The notes below the pieces were generated by a model. The model saw nothing but the letters and a program-made list of their open reading frames with translations, was not told where the DNA came from and did not search any database. From contig JAIYDN010000039.1 in assembly GCA_027487485.1 (NCBI GenBank), forward strand, positions 36,951 through 100,950: 64,000 nt of DNA, written 5' to 3'. This document shows, one piece after another, positions 37,789-46,635 of the stretch. Position numbers and translations under genes: made by a program. The number at the start of each line of letters is the position of its first letter. Positions within the stretch are counted from its first letter, which is position 1. This DNA comes from Planctomycetaceae bacterium. GTDB lineage: Bacteria > Planctomycetota > Planctomycetia > Pirellulales > Pirellulaceae.

Positions 37789-39261
37789 TTAGGTAGGTTT
37801 GACTGATTTCTCAATGCTACCATCTTCAGGCATTTCGTCATACTTTGCTTCTGGCAAAGACTGCGAAACAGGAGCGACCAAGAATTCCACAGCGAACTCA
37901 TCTGGATCAGCCTTCAAGATCGATTCGCCAGTGATTTCAGTAACCTTGCCCGCTTCAGTGATTTTGTTGATCACGGTTCGTTCTAGGATTTGATTTCGCA
38001 ACGCGTCCATTTGACCGGTACGTTCTAGCTTGGCACGAACTTGGCGTGGCGAAATATCGCTTTGCTCAGCAATCATATTGATTTCTTCGTCGTACTCTGC
38101 ATCCGCTGGTTCTATGCTCAGTGCTTCGGCAATCTTTTCTAGGACGAAGTGTTCGCGAAGTGCAGTTTGAGTTTCAGCTTCGGCGTTTCTTCGCATTCCG
38201 TTGACAACGGACCGGATTTGATCGTCGGTGAATCCGTTTCGACGCAGCTCAAGCACTCGGCGTTGTAGTTCGCGTTCCGTTTGCTTTCGGACCAGCGATG
38301 GTGGCAATTCCCAATTGGCATCAGCGATCAGCTTGGTGGTGATCTGTTGACGAAGCAATTGCTTTTGGTGGTAATCTGCTTGCTTTTCCAGTTCTGCACG
38401 AACGAATGCTCGCAGTTCAGCTGGATCGTCGAACCCAACGGATTCCAAGATGCTGCTGCTGAGTCCTTCGACGTTGACGCGACGAATTTCGAGCACTTCA
38501 AACTCGACATCCACTGCGACACCACGGAAAGCTTCGTTCATCGAAGTTTCGAGGACGGTGACTTTAGTAGTAAGTTTGTCACCTTCTTTGGAGCCAACCA
38601 TCAGTTCGCCGAAATTCTCGACGACGCAATCGGCCAAGCTAAGCTTTTGACGAAGAGTGACGATCGCTTCTTCAAGAACGCTGATTTGCTTCCCGTCGGA
38701 CGAGAATTTTGCGTTCAGCAACAAACGATCTCCAGTCGAAGCTTCGCCATCAAAGGCTTCGCCCGGAGTGATTCTTTCCAAGGTTCTCGCAAGCTGGTGA
38801 TCGACATCGACGTCCGAGACGTTGTAAATCGACTTCTCCAGTTCCAACCCTTCCCACTTAGGAGTCTCAAATTCAGGACGTACTTCGATTTTGAATTCGA
38901 AAGTGAAGTCACCGGTATCAGGAAGGCGAACAGCCCCGAAGTCCATATCAGGCTCCGAAATTGCAGAAAATTCACCGCCATCGGTAATTTGCTGCAAACT
39001 GTCCATAACCAAGCTGCTTTTGACTTGGTCTGCAACTGTCTTTTTGAATCGGCTTTCCAAAAGCTTTCGTGGAATCTTGCCAGCGCGGAAGCCGGGCAAG
39101 TCTGCTTTTGGAGCGATTTCGTTGAAAGCATTGCGAAAGTATCGTTCCATTTCACTGCGTGGAACGGTCACAACGACGTGCCTTTGGCAAGTGCTGGGTT
39201 TGTCAATCTTTACTACCAATTCCAACTTGGAATCAGGTGCCTTGGTTTCAACGGTCGACAT
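37789..39261 (-). CDS. tig: Trigger factor
   Basis: N-terminal ribosome-binding domain with 'LPGFRAGKIPRKLLESRF'. At 490 aa it has the typical three-domain length. Confidence 0.9.
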   Translation of the reverse strand: MSTVETKAPDSKLELVVKIDKPSTCQRHVVVTVPRSEMERYFRNAFNEIAPKADLPGFRAGKIPRKLLESRFKKTVADQVKSSLVMDSLQQITDGGEFSAISEPDMDFGAVRLPDTGDFTFEFKIEVRPEFETPKWEGLELEKSIYNVSDVDVDHQLARTLERITPGEAFDGEASTGDRLLLNAKFSSDGKQISVLEEAIVTLRQKLSLADCVVENFGELMVGSKEGDKLTTKVTVLETSMNEAFRGVAVDVEFEVLEIRRVNVEGLSSSILESVGFDDPAELRAFVRAELEKQADYHQKQLLRQQITTKLIADANWELPPSLVRKQTERELQRRVLELRRNGFTDDQIRSVVNGMRRNAEAETQTALREHFVLEKIAEALSIEPADAEYDEEINMIAEQSDISPRQVRAKLERTGQMDALRNQILERTVINKITEAGKVTEITGESILKADPDEFAVEFLVAPVSQSLPEAKYDEMPEDGSIEKSVKPT

Positions 39262-39314
39262 GTCGGTTCAAAAATCCTAAAAGTTACAAAAAAAGGCACA
39301 ATCAAACAGAAAAA

Positions 39315-39386
39315 AGCGGGCGATGGGATTCGAACCCACGACAACAACGTTGGCAACGTTGTGCTCTACCCCTGAGCTACGCCCGC
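39315..39386 (-). tRNA. tRNA-Gly (anticodon GCC)
   Basis: Hand-folded cloverleaf from the reverse complement: acceptor GCGGGCG/CGCCCGC, D arm GCTC-AGGGGTA-GAGC, anticodon arm CAACG-TTGCCAA-CGTTG and T arm GTGGG-TTCGAAT-CCCAT. CCA is not encoded. Confidence 0.9.
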
Positions 39387-39751
39387 AAAAGGAACCTGTT
39401 CGATTATGCCCGTTGCTTTATCCTAATGAAACGAGTCGGTCGTTTCAAAACCGCGAGTAGAAGGTGCGGAAGCCGAAAACAGCATCTCTTCTCTCTTAAT
39501 CGCGGGACACGATTATAAGAACTGTCTTGTTCGCTGCAAGACCGATATCGCCTCAATTTCATTTTGATTCAGCAGGTTTTACCTCTGCAACCGCCAGAAC
39601 CGTTTACGGGTCCTGGGCTGGACGCACCCCTCAAATACCTGCTATGACCAAGAAAACCAGGTGATTTTGTGCGCTGGCTGGCGTATTTCCCTGGAGTTTC
39701 GAGGCAAATGGAGCCTGATCGGTCCTGTCCAACTGTAGTCTGATCCGATTT

Positions 39752-40672
39752 ATGAAACAGGTTTCCCCAACATTAGCCCGATCTGTCGCAAAATGGCGGG
39801 ACCAGTTGCCGTTCGTGTTCCTGATATTGTCCGCGTGTTTATTTCTGTCCGCGGGCTGCGGATCGCCAGTCGTGAATCCCGGTGCTGCAAACCTGATTTC
39901 GGCCGCTCGGGAACGCGTACTGCCGAAAGCCGATTCAGCGGAACGACTATGGCGTCCGGATTTGGCGATCATGCCTTTTATCGAATTCCAGGACGAAGAC
40001 ATCTTGATCAAGCATGTTCGCAACTGTCGTTATCGGACGGAAACCGATTACGACGTTCGGCACTACGACTTGCACTTTGCCTTGGATGACGTTCGAACGA
40101 TGGACTTTATCATTGTTCCGTTCAACAACAATCCATTGCTCGCACACACCATGTTTAGTTTCGGGCTTGTGGATGGACGGCATTTTATTGTGTCGGTGGA
40201 AGCGCGTTTGGATCAAGGCGATTCCTATTCACCCATTCGCGGCATCACCAACAAGTTCCAGTTGATGTATGTGATTGGTGATGAACGCGATCTGATTTTG
40301 TTGCGCACCGACGTGCGAAAGGTAGAGGTCTTGCTCTACCCAGGACGTGCGACACCGGACCGGGTCCAAGACCTTTTGGTGGACATGCTGGAGCGGGCTA
40401 ACAAGCTACAACGCTCTCCAGAGTACTACGATACGATCAACAACAACTGTACCACCAATCTCGTGGACCATATCAACAAGCTTCGGCCAGGTCGAATCCC
40501 TCGTGATCTTCGAGTCTTGCTTCCAGGCCATTCGGATCGGTTGGCTTACGAGCTTGGTTTGCTGGATGTGGTAGAGCCCTTTGCGATCGCTCGTCAAAAT
40601 GCCCGCATCACGGATCTTGCTCAACTGTACCGAGACAGCCCCGATTTCTCCGACAAGATCCGAAGGAAATAG
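39752..40672 (+). CDS. DUF4105-like lipoprotein
   Basis: Lipobox-like 'LFLSAGCGS'. Also 'DFIIVPFNNNPLLAHTMFSFGL', 'HFIVSVEAR', 'YVIGDERDLILLRT' and 'NNCTTNL'. Confidence 0.7.
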   Translation: MKQVSPTLARSVAKWRDQLPFVFLILSACLFLSAGCGSPVVNPGAANLISAARERVLPKADSAERLWRPDLAIMPFIEFQDEDILIKHVRNCRYRTETDYDVRHYDLHFALDDVRTMDFIIVPFNNNPLLAHTMFSFGLVDGRHFIVSVEARLDQGDSYSPIRGITNKFQLMYVIGDERDLILLRTDVRKVEVLLYPGRATPDRVQDLLVDMLERANKLQRSPEYYDTINNNCTTNLVDHINKLRPGRIPRDLRVLLPGHSDRLAYELGLLDVVEPFAIARQNARITDLAQLYRDSPDFSDKIRRK

Positions 40673-40708
40673 CTAATCCCCATGCGACGGGGGTCGCGAG
40701 TCTTGCGT

Positions 40709-43700
40709 TTACAACAACAGTGGAACCAGGCACAGGGCCAGGACCATGGGGATCAGCAGCAAGGATTTCTTCCAGCCAGACAACATGGTCCCAAACAGCA
40801 TCACCACAGCGGCTATCGTAACCCACACGATGTTCTTTTCACTGATCGAGCCAAACCAAATGGATTTCCATGCTTTCGCACCTTCGGCTTGGGGCTGCTG
40901 AGAAGCTGTCGCGATCGCATTCTTGGCGCTTTCGATCGCACTGGAATCGAGTTTCGTATTCTTGAGACTGTCGAAGGTAGAGCGAGCTTGTTGCCAATAC
41001 CCTTGTGTCGCTTGCTGGTTGGTTTGAAGCCACATGCCAACTCCTAAGAAGAGCATCGCGGCACAGACGAATCGGAACTTGCTGCCCAGAAGTTGTCCTA
41101 GCAGCCTGTCGAGCGACCGACTACGCACTTCGCGCTTGCTCACCTTTCCAGATCGAGCCTCGGCCAGCATTTGTTTGATGCGTTGACGCTTTGCTTCGGC
41201 CGCATGCACCGTGAGCTTGCCAGTAGCGATGTCATGCATGGCTTGCCTCGTCTCATGTGCCGCTTCTACCATCGAAGCTGCAAGCTCGTCAGCGCGTTTG
41301 CCAGCCTCCGATTCGGAAACACCTTCAGCGATCATCTCTGCCTTCCCTGCGATGCGCAAAACCTTTTCATCCTTCTCTCGCTTAGCATCGGACAGCTTCG
41401 CATCCCAGCGATCGATCATTTTGTCGCGACGTGATTGGTGCCGTTTCCCCTCCGCCCCTTGGCCCCCTTGCAGCTTGGCTTGCATGGTTCGCATTCGATC
41501 GTAACCGAAGAGCGCTTCAAAAAACTCTTCCCAGTTTTGTCCCGCTTGCTGAACAGTGGCATTGCAAATCTGATCTTCATCCATTCCGCGAAATCGCAAT
41601 TGCCGCAAAACACCTTGAGCTTGTTCCAAGGATGGTTTTCGTTGTTTGAATAACAACTTCTCAATACCAAAGTAGTATCCAGCCCCAGCCCCAACACCTA
41701 AAACCGAAGCGAAGATCAACGGCACCCAAAGCCCTAAATAGTGCACTGCCAGCAAACCGATGAGTGAGCCAAAAAGCCAATAGGCCCATTCTAAGATGCC
41801 ACCAGTGATCAAGGACTCTCGCCAACGCCGAGCCAATGGACTTGTGCCTTCTAGTCCTGAAAAAACCACCGCGGAAATGGGTGCGAGAAACATGGCAAGC
41901 ACCATGCCAATCGTTGTTTTCAGCCATGACGCCATGCTGTTGTAGTACTCGGTCCCCTTCGATATCGAGGGCGCCACCGCTTTGGGTGCTTCTGCTGCAG
42001 TCGTTTCTGCGGCAGTGGTGTCTCCTGGTGCTTTCGCACCCAACCCCTGTACCACGGTACTGGCTTGCGATGCTAGGCTTTTGGCTCCTTCGCCTAGCAG
42101 AGAAAGTCCTGCCCATAAGGCGAAGATCAGCGATAGTGCTGCTCCCAATCCACAAGCAACGTTCCAAACCGAAGGTAGGAATCGACGTGCGATCAGAACT
42201 GGAGAACTCGAAAAGCGTTTCGATGCGATCTTAAGCTGGCCAGCCAATTCGGGCGGAACGACAGGCTCGGCCTTCGCCGGCTTGTCATTCATCTCCACAT
42301 GCTTTTGACCGGCCGAGATTTCATCGGGGCTGCTTGGCTGATGAATAATCTGGGCTTTGGAAGTGTCCTCGCGCAGTTCAAGGTACACCTCCAAGTCATG
42401 AATGACTTCCTCCAAGTCCTGATACCTGTCCTCGGGTTTCTTTTCGGTCATCTTTTCAATGATGTCCCCTAGGGTGGTCGGCAGTCCAGAAATGATTCGC
42501 TCGGGTCGTACGATTTTTTCCGCACGGTGTTTCGAGATCACCTCCATCAAGGTATTGCCGTCGAAAGGTGGCTTCCCCGTAAGCAATGCATAGAACGTGC
42601 AACCAAGCGAATAGATATCGGCTCGCTTATCCACACTTGCCGCGTCCAGCGATTGCTCGGGCGACATATACGCAGGCGTTCCCATCGAAGATCCAACGGC
42701 CGTGACTTGGCTTCTTGCCGAGGCCAGCATCATCGATTGCACGTCGGAATCATCTTCTGGCGGCAAGTCATCGGCGCTGGGTGTTTTGATCAAACCCATG
42801 TCCGCAACCTTGACCAAGCCATCAGAAGTCATCATCAAGTTCGCTGGCTTGATATCGCGATGGACCATACCGTGATCGTGTGCGAACTTCAGCCCACGTG
42901 AAGCTTGCAAAATGAGTGTTGCTGCCAGCTTCGGTGGAAGTTTTCCCTTCGACTTCAGTTGATCATCCAGCGAACCACCGGACACCAGTTCCATGCTGAA
43001 GTAGTTCGTGCCGGAATCCTGCCCCAGGTCATAGATTTGTACAACATTGTGATGGGTCAATTGAGCAGCCGCATAAGCCTCGCGAATGAATCTCGCAATA
43101 ACACGCGGGTTCTTAGCCCAATGCGCTTGAATCGTTTTCAACGCACACGATCTATCGAGCGATATTTGCTTGGCAAGATAGACCGATCCCATCCCGCCTG
43201 CCCCAAGCTCACTCAGGATCTTATACCCCCCCAACCGATTGAGCATCAAGGCTGGCGACGAAGTATTCGAGCCTACTGGAGCGCTGGACCTTGCCCCTTC
43301 CGATGCTTTCAGGGATGCACCCTTGCTGGCTGAGATTATGCCGACTGAGTCCTTGCCGGCAGTGTTCTTGCCATCTGAGGACGCAGAGGCCATGCCAACA
43401 TTGCTATCCATGGTCGCTTCGTTCACGGAGAAATCTTGATCGTCGGATCGCTCCATGGTTGCGTCCAGGCCAGCAGCACCAGAAGCGTTAACTGTACCGG
43501 AAACGCTGGTAATACCAGAAACATTGCGTGACACTTCGCTTGGAAGTGTCACGGACGGTGGCGCTGTTTCTTGCCTCTCTAAAAGCGTTGCCTGGAGATC
43601 GTCGTACGCGGTTGGCTTGGTCGGCGCCGGCTCAACATCCTGCGTCTGATCCATTGGTTTTTCGACCGTTTTGGCCAGCTTCCCGACTTTGATTTGGACC

Positions 43701-43846
43701 GGATCGCCTGATTCAACCACCAAAGCAAACGCCTGCGAGCATGCGGAACACTTCGGCTTGTACTTGCCCGGCTTCGGGTCTTTGATGGAAAATGAATGTT
43801 GGCACAGAGGGCACGCGATCTTGTAATTCATAAAGTCCTCCGTCAA
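40709..43846 (-). CDS. Ser/Thr protein kinase with an N-terminal zinc ribbon and a C-terminal polytopic/coiled-coil region
   Basis: Zinc ribbon 'CPLCQHSF...CSACSQAF'. Kinase motifs 'GAGGMGSVYLAKQ', 'HRDIKPANLM', 'DMGL' and 'GTPAYMSPEQ'. Several TM helices lie after residue 560. Confidence 0.9.
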   Translation of the reverse strand: MTEDFMNYKIACPLCQHSFSIKDPKPGKYKPKCSACSQAFALVVESGDPVQIKVGKLAKTVEKPMDQTQDVEPAPTKPTAYDDLQATLLERQETAPPSVTLPSEVSRNVSGITSVSGTVNASGAAGLDATMERSDDQDFSVNEATMDSNVGMASASSDGKNTAGKDSVGIISASKGASLKASEGARSSAPVGSNTSSPALMLNRLGGYKILSELGAGGMGSVYLAKQISLDRSCALKTIQAHWAKNPRVIARFIREAYAAAQLTHHNVVQIYDLGQDSGTNYFSMELVSGGSLDDQLKSKGKLPPKLAATLILQASRGLKFAHDHGMVHRDIKPANLMMTSDGLVKVADMGLIKTPSADDLPPEDDSDVQSMMLASARSQVTAVGSSMGTPAYMSPEQSLDAASVDKRADIYSLGCTFYALLTGKPPFDGNTLMEVISKHRAEKIVRPERIISGLPTTLGDIIEKMTEKKPEDRYQDLEEVIHDLEVYLELREDTSKAQIIHQPSSPDEISAGQKHVEMNDKPAKAEPVVPPELAGQLKIASKRFSSSPVLIARRFLPSVWNVACGLGAALSLIFALWAGLSLLGEGAKSLASQASTVVQGLGAKAPGDTTAAETTAAEAPKAVAPSISKGTEYYNSMASWLKTTIGMVLAMFLAPISAVVFSGLEGTSPLARRWRESLITGGILEWAYWLFGSLIGLLAVHYLGLWVPLIFASVLGVGAGAGYYFGIEKLLFKQRKPSLEQAQGVLRQLRFRGMDEDQICNATVQQAGQNWEEFFEALFGYDRMRTMQAKLQGGQGAEGKRHQSRRDKMIDRWDAKLSDAKREKDEKVLRIAGKAEMIAEGVSESEAGKRADELAASMVEAAHETRQAMHDIATGKLTVHAAEAKRQRIKQMLAEARSGKVSKREVRSRSLDRLLGQLLGSKFRFVCAAMLFLGVGMWLQTNQQATQGYWQQARSTFDSLKNTKLDSSAIESAKNAIATASQQPQAEGAKAWKSIWFGSISEKNIVWVTIAAVVMLFGTMLSGWKKSLLLIPMVLALCLVPLLL

Positions 43847-43970
43847 GGATACTACAACGATAATGCAATGGATCGATTCAACGAACGGGCTCGTGAACCA
43901 TGCATCTTAGTCGATCGCTCGGGCTTTTGTTTTAATGTTGCCCAAATGGAATCCCAAAAGTTGCACCGAA

Positions 43971-44088
43971 GGGAAACGTGTTTTCTCGTACTCGTACTCG
44001 TACTCAGCGCCAGCGGTACTCGTACTCGAACTCGACCAACGTTTTCAAGCACGAGCACGAGCACCATTTCATTGAGCACGAGTACGAT
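43971..44088. repeat. Palindromic interspersed repeat built from CTCGTA/GAGCAC/GAGTAC hexamer tracts (copy 2 of 2)
   Basis: The sequence 'gggaaacgtg..ctcgtactcgtactcgtactcagc..ggtactcgtactcgaactcga..gcacgagcacgagcaccatttcattgagcacgagtacga' has the same order and orientation as 4924-5029. It ends about 20 bp from the stop of the minus-strand gene at 44109. Confidence 0.8.
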
Positions 44089-44108
44089 TGAAATCCATTT
44101 GCCGGATT

Positions 44109-45128
44109 TCACAAGGCGTTTGGGCTAGCTGTCCAGCGTTGGTAGGATTCGGGATCCACATTCCGACCGCTTAGAACCACAACAATATCACCCGTCGCAT
44201 CCAGGTTCACCTTTCTGGCCAGCAATGCTCCGATGGTGATCGCGCCCGAGGGTTCAGTTCTCAAGCCGTGATGCTTATCTATCCATTGCATTGCCTGGCA
44301 GCTTTCCTCGTCGGAAACACTGACGGCCACCGAAACCTTGTCTCGCAAGATGGGCCAATTGTGTTGACCGACATCATAGGACAATAACCCATCGCAAATG
44401 CTCTTGGGCTGATCGATTCGGACGCGATCCCCCTTGGCTTTGGAGAGACTAAAGTCGTTGGCTCCGACCGGTTCGACTCCGACAATCGTGCATTCAGGAA
44501 ATGCATGGGAGATGGCTAAAGCATGCCCCGCCATCAATCCGCCGCCGCTGATGGCACAGAAAAAGTGAGTCAAGTCACGGCCAAGTCGCTTCAGTTCGTC
44601 AGCGATCTCCAATCCACCTACCCCGTTTCCCGCAATCACATCGTTATCGTCGTAGGGAGACGCTTGAACGGCATTCTCGTTCTCCGCAATCTCGCGGGTC
44701 AATCGATCGCGCTGACCGGTTTGAAAATCAGTCGCCTTGTTGTAAGTCCGAACGTCGGCGCCAAACGAACGCGTACGTGCAAACTTCACCGCGGGTGCAT
44801 CATCGGGCATGACAATGATCACGCGTTTACCATATCGCATTCCCGCAAACGCAAGGCCGGACGCAAAGTTACCCGACGAATGAGCTGCGACAGGGCGATC
44901 GCCAATTTGTTCCAAATGATTGGCCATCCAGTTTAATGCTCCTAGCAACTTGAACGATCCGACCGGTGTCCAGCCATAATCTTTGATCCAAACGTTACGG
45001 TCGGGCGGCAGACCAAGTTCCTTCTCCAGAGCATACGATCGAATCAATGGCGCTGGCGTCAGATGCTGACGGATGACGACTTGCGCCCGATGAACATCCT
45101 CGATGTTAGCAATGCGAATAGGTGTCAT
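44109..45128 (-). CDS. PLP-dependent threonine/serine dehydratase-family enzyme
   Basis: Lysine motif 'VGSFKLLGA', 'SSGNFASGLAFAG' and glycine loop 'AISGGGLMAGHA'. Length 339 aa. Confidence 0.8.
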   Translation of the reverse strand: MTPIRIANIEDVHRAQVVIRQHLTPAPLIRSYALEKELGLPPDRNVWIKDYGWTPVGSFKLLGALNWMANHLEQIGDRPVAAHSSGNFASGLAFAGMRYGKRVIIVMPDDAPAVKFARTRSFGADVRTYNKATDFQTGQRDRLTREIAENENAVQASPYDDNDVIAGNGVGGLEIADELKRLGRDLTHFFCAISGGGLMAGHALAISHAFPECTIVGVEPVGANDFSLSKAKGDRVRIDQPKSICDGLLSYDVGQHNWPILRDKVSVAVSVSDEESCQAMQWIDKHHGLRTEPSGAITIGALLARKVNLDATGDIVVVLSGRNVDPESYQRWTASPNAL

Positions 45129-45182
45129 GAAAATAGACCAAGGTGGGAAGGAAAGAAAGGAAGGATGGGGAGCTATAAAGCG

Positions 45183-46394
45183 CTATTGGAATTCAACGAT
45201 AAACTGGCGATAGATTTGCATGGCTTGGATCACCTGTTCGCAGTCAATATACTCGACCGAGGCATGGGCTTGGTCAATGCTTCCAGGCCCCAAGATAATA
45301 CTTGGGATACCAATCGCTCCGAATTTGCTTGCGTCGCTGCAAAACGGAACACCGCGCAAGGTACTGTCCAAACCAAATGAATTTAAAACGCCGGCCATCA
45401 CTTGAGCGGCACGCGTATCAGGTGCCGTATCCAGCGGTCGATCGCTGAGCATCGGTGGATGCATCACCACATTCATTCCAGGATGCTGACTGGAAACGCT
45501 ATCAACCAGTTGCTGGTAGTGTTGCAGGACCGATTCCCGAGTCTCGCTGGGAAGAAGCCGTCGATCGATTTCAATTTCGCATCGATCCGGAACAAAGTTG
45601 ACTTGCACTCCGCCTCGAACAACCCCCACATTGCAGGTGGCACAACCCAGCAGCGGATGAGTATGTTGCGATAGCAATAGGGTATCTTGCTGCAATGCGA
45701 CCAAAAGATGAGCCATGTGCTCGATCGCATTCGTTCCCAAATGTGGTTTAGCCGAATGAGCGGCTTTGCCAAACGTCTCTATCTTCCACCGTATCAATCC
45801 CTTGCTGGCGATGACTGCCGCCAACGACGTCGGCTCGGCAATGATGGCCGCGTCTGCTTGCCATGGATCCCTGGGGGAGTGCTCGCCGATAAGAATCTCC
45901 GGATCAACGTCGCCAGGAGCCAACGAGTTGCATAAGGCGACAACGCCACGGTAAGAATATTCCTCATCGATGGTTGCAGCGAATAAGACCTCGCATTCGG
46001 GCACGAACCCTTCCCGAGCAAGACTGGCTACGGCATGCATCATCGCAGCCATACCGCCCTTCGTATCACATGCTCCACGTCCATACAATCGACCGTCTCG
46101 TACTTCCGCATCCCACGGTGCGATCTCCATTCCTGTTGTTGAGACCGTATCCATATGAGCTTCCAGCACAATGCGACGATTTGGATTGCGACCTGGAAGC
46201 CGAGCGATCACGTTGGGCCGATCTGTGTAAACTTGTTGTCGCCAAGTTTCGATTCCACGCTCCGAAAAGAAATGCTCGATGTAGTTTGCGATTTCTCCTT
46301 CGGGGACCCCTCCTATATAGTTTGGGTTCACGCTATTGATGCGAACCAAGTCTGCTAAAGTTTCAATCGGCTGAGTTTGGGCAGACAGATTCAT
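45183..46394 (-). CDS. M20-family metallohydrolase (ArgE/DapE-like)
   Basis: Carries 'LEAHMDTV', 'GRGACDTKGGMAA' and 'IDEEYSYRG', with a C-terminal 'HASVEYI'. Confidence 0.85.
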   Translation of the reverse strand: MNLSAQTQPIETLADLVRINSVNPNYIGGVPEGEIANYIEHFFSERGIETWRQQVYTDRPNVIARLPGRNPNRRIVLEAHMDTVSTTGMEIAPWDAEVRDGRLYGRGACDTKGGMAAMMHAVASLAREGFVPECEVLFAATIDEEYSYRGVVALCNSLAPGDVDPEILIGEHSPRDPWQADAAIIAEPTSLAAVIASKGLIRWKIETFGKAAHSAKPHLGTNAIEHMAHLLVALQQDTLLLSQHTHPLLGCATCNVGVVRGGVQVNFVPDRCEIEIDRRLLPSETRESVLQHYQQLVDSVSSQHPGMNVVMHPPMLSDRPLDTAPDTRAAQVMAGVLNSFGLDSTLRGVPFCSDASKFGAIGIPSIILGPGSIDQAHASVEYIDCEQVIQAMQIYRQFIVEFQ

Positions 46395-46635
46395 GGCTTC
46401 ATGAAGGGAGCGGAGAGAACTGGAAGGAAGGTAGTTGCCAAATTAGGTGAACGGAAATGTTCAAGCAACGGCGTCGAGCTGTCATTGTATCCAAGAACAT
46501 CCGCTCATGGTCTTGTGCGTTGGTAAACCGTGCAATCCTTGACAACGCCACTTTCATCAGCCAAGATTATGTTGCTGTTTATGAGTGACTTTTGCACTCG
46601 TTCGGTCCCGCCTACAACCACAGAAGACCAAGACG

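Noticed and set aside
38281-39375. 364-aa plus-strand ORF
   Set aside because: It is entirely antisense to the clearly recognisable trigger factor gene and runs through the tRNA-Gly. It is a shadow ORF.
46539-46575. Sigma70-like promoter ('ttgaca') upstream of the PSD1 gene
   Set aside because: No acceptable -10 hexamer lies at 16-19 bp spacing, and the planctomycete promoter consensus is not well defined. I do not report it as a feature.
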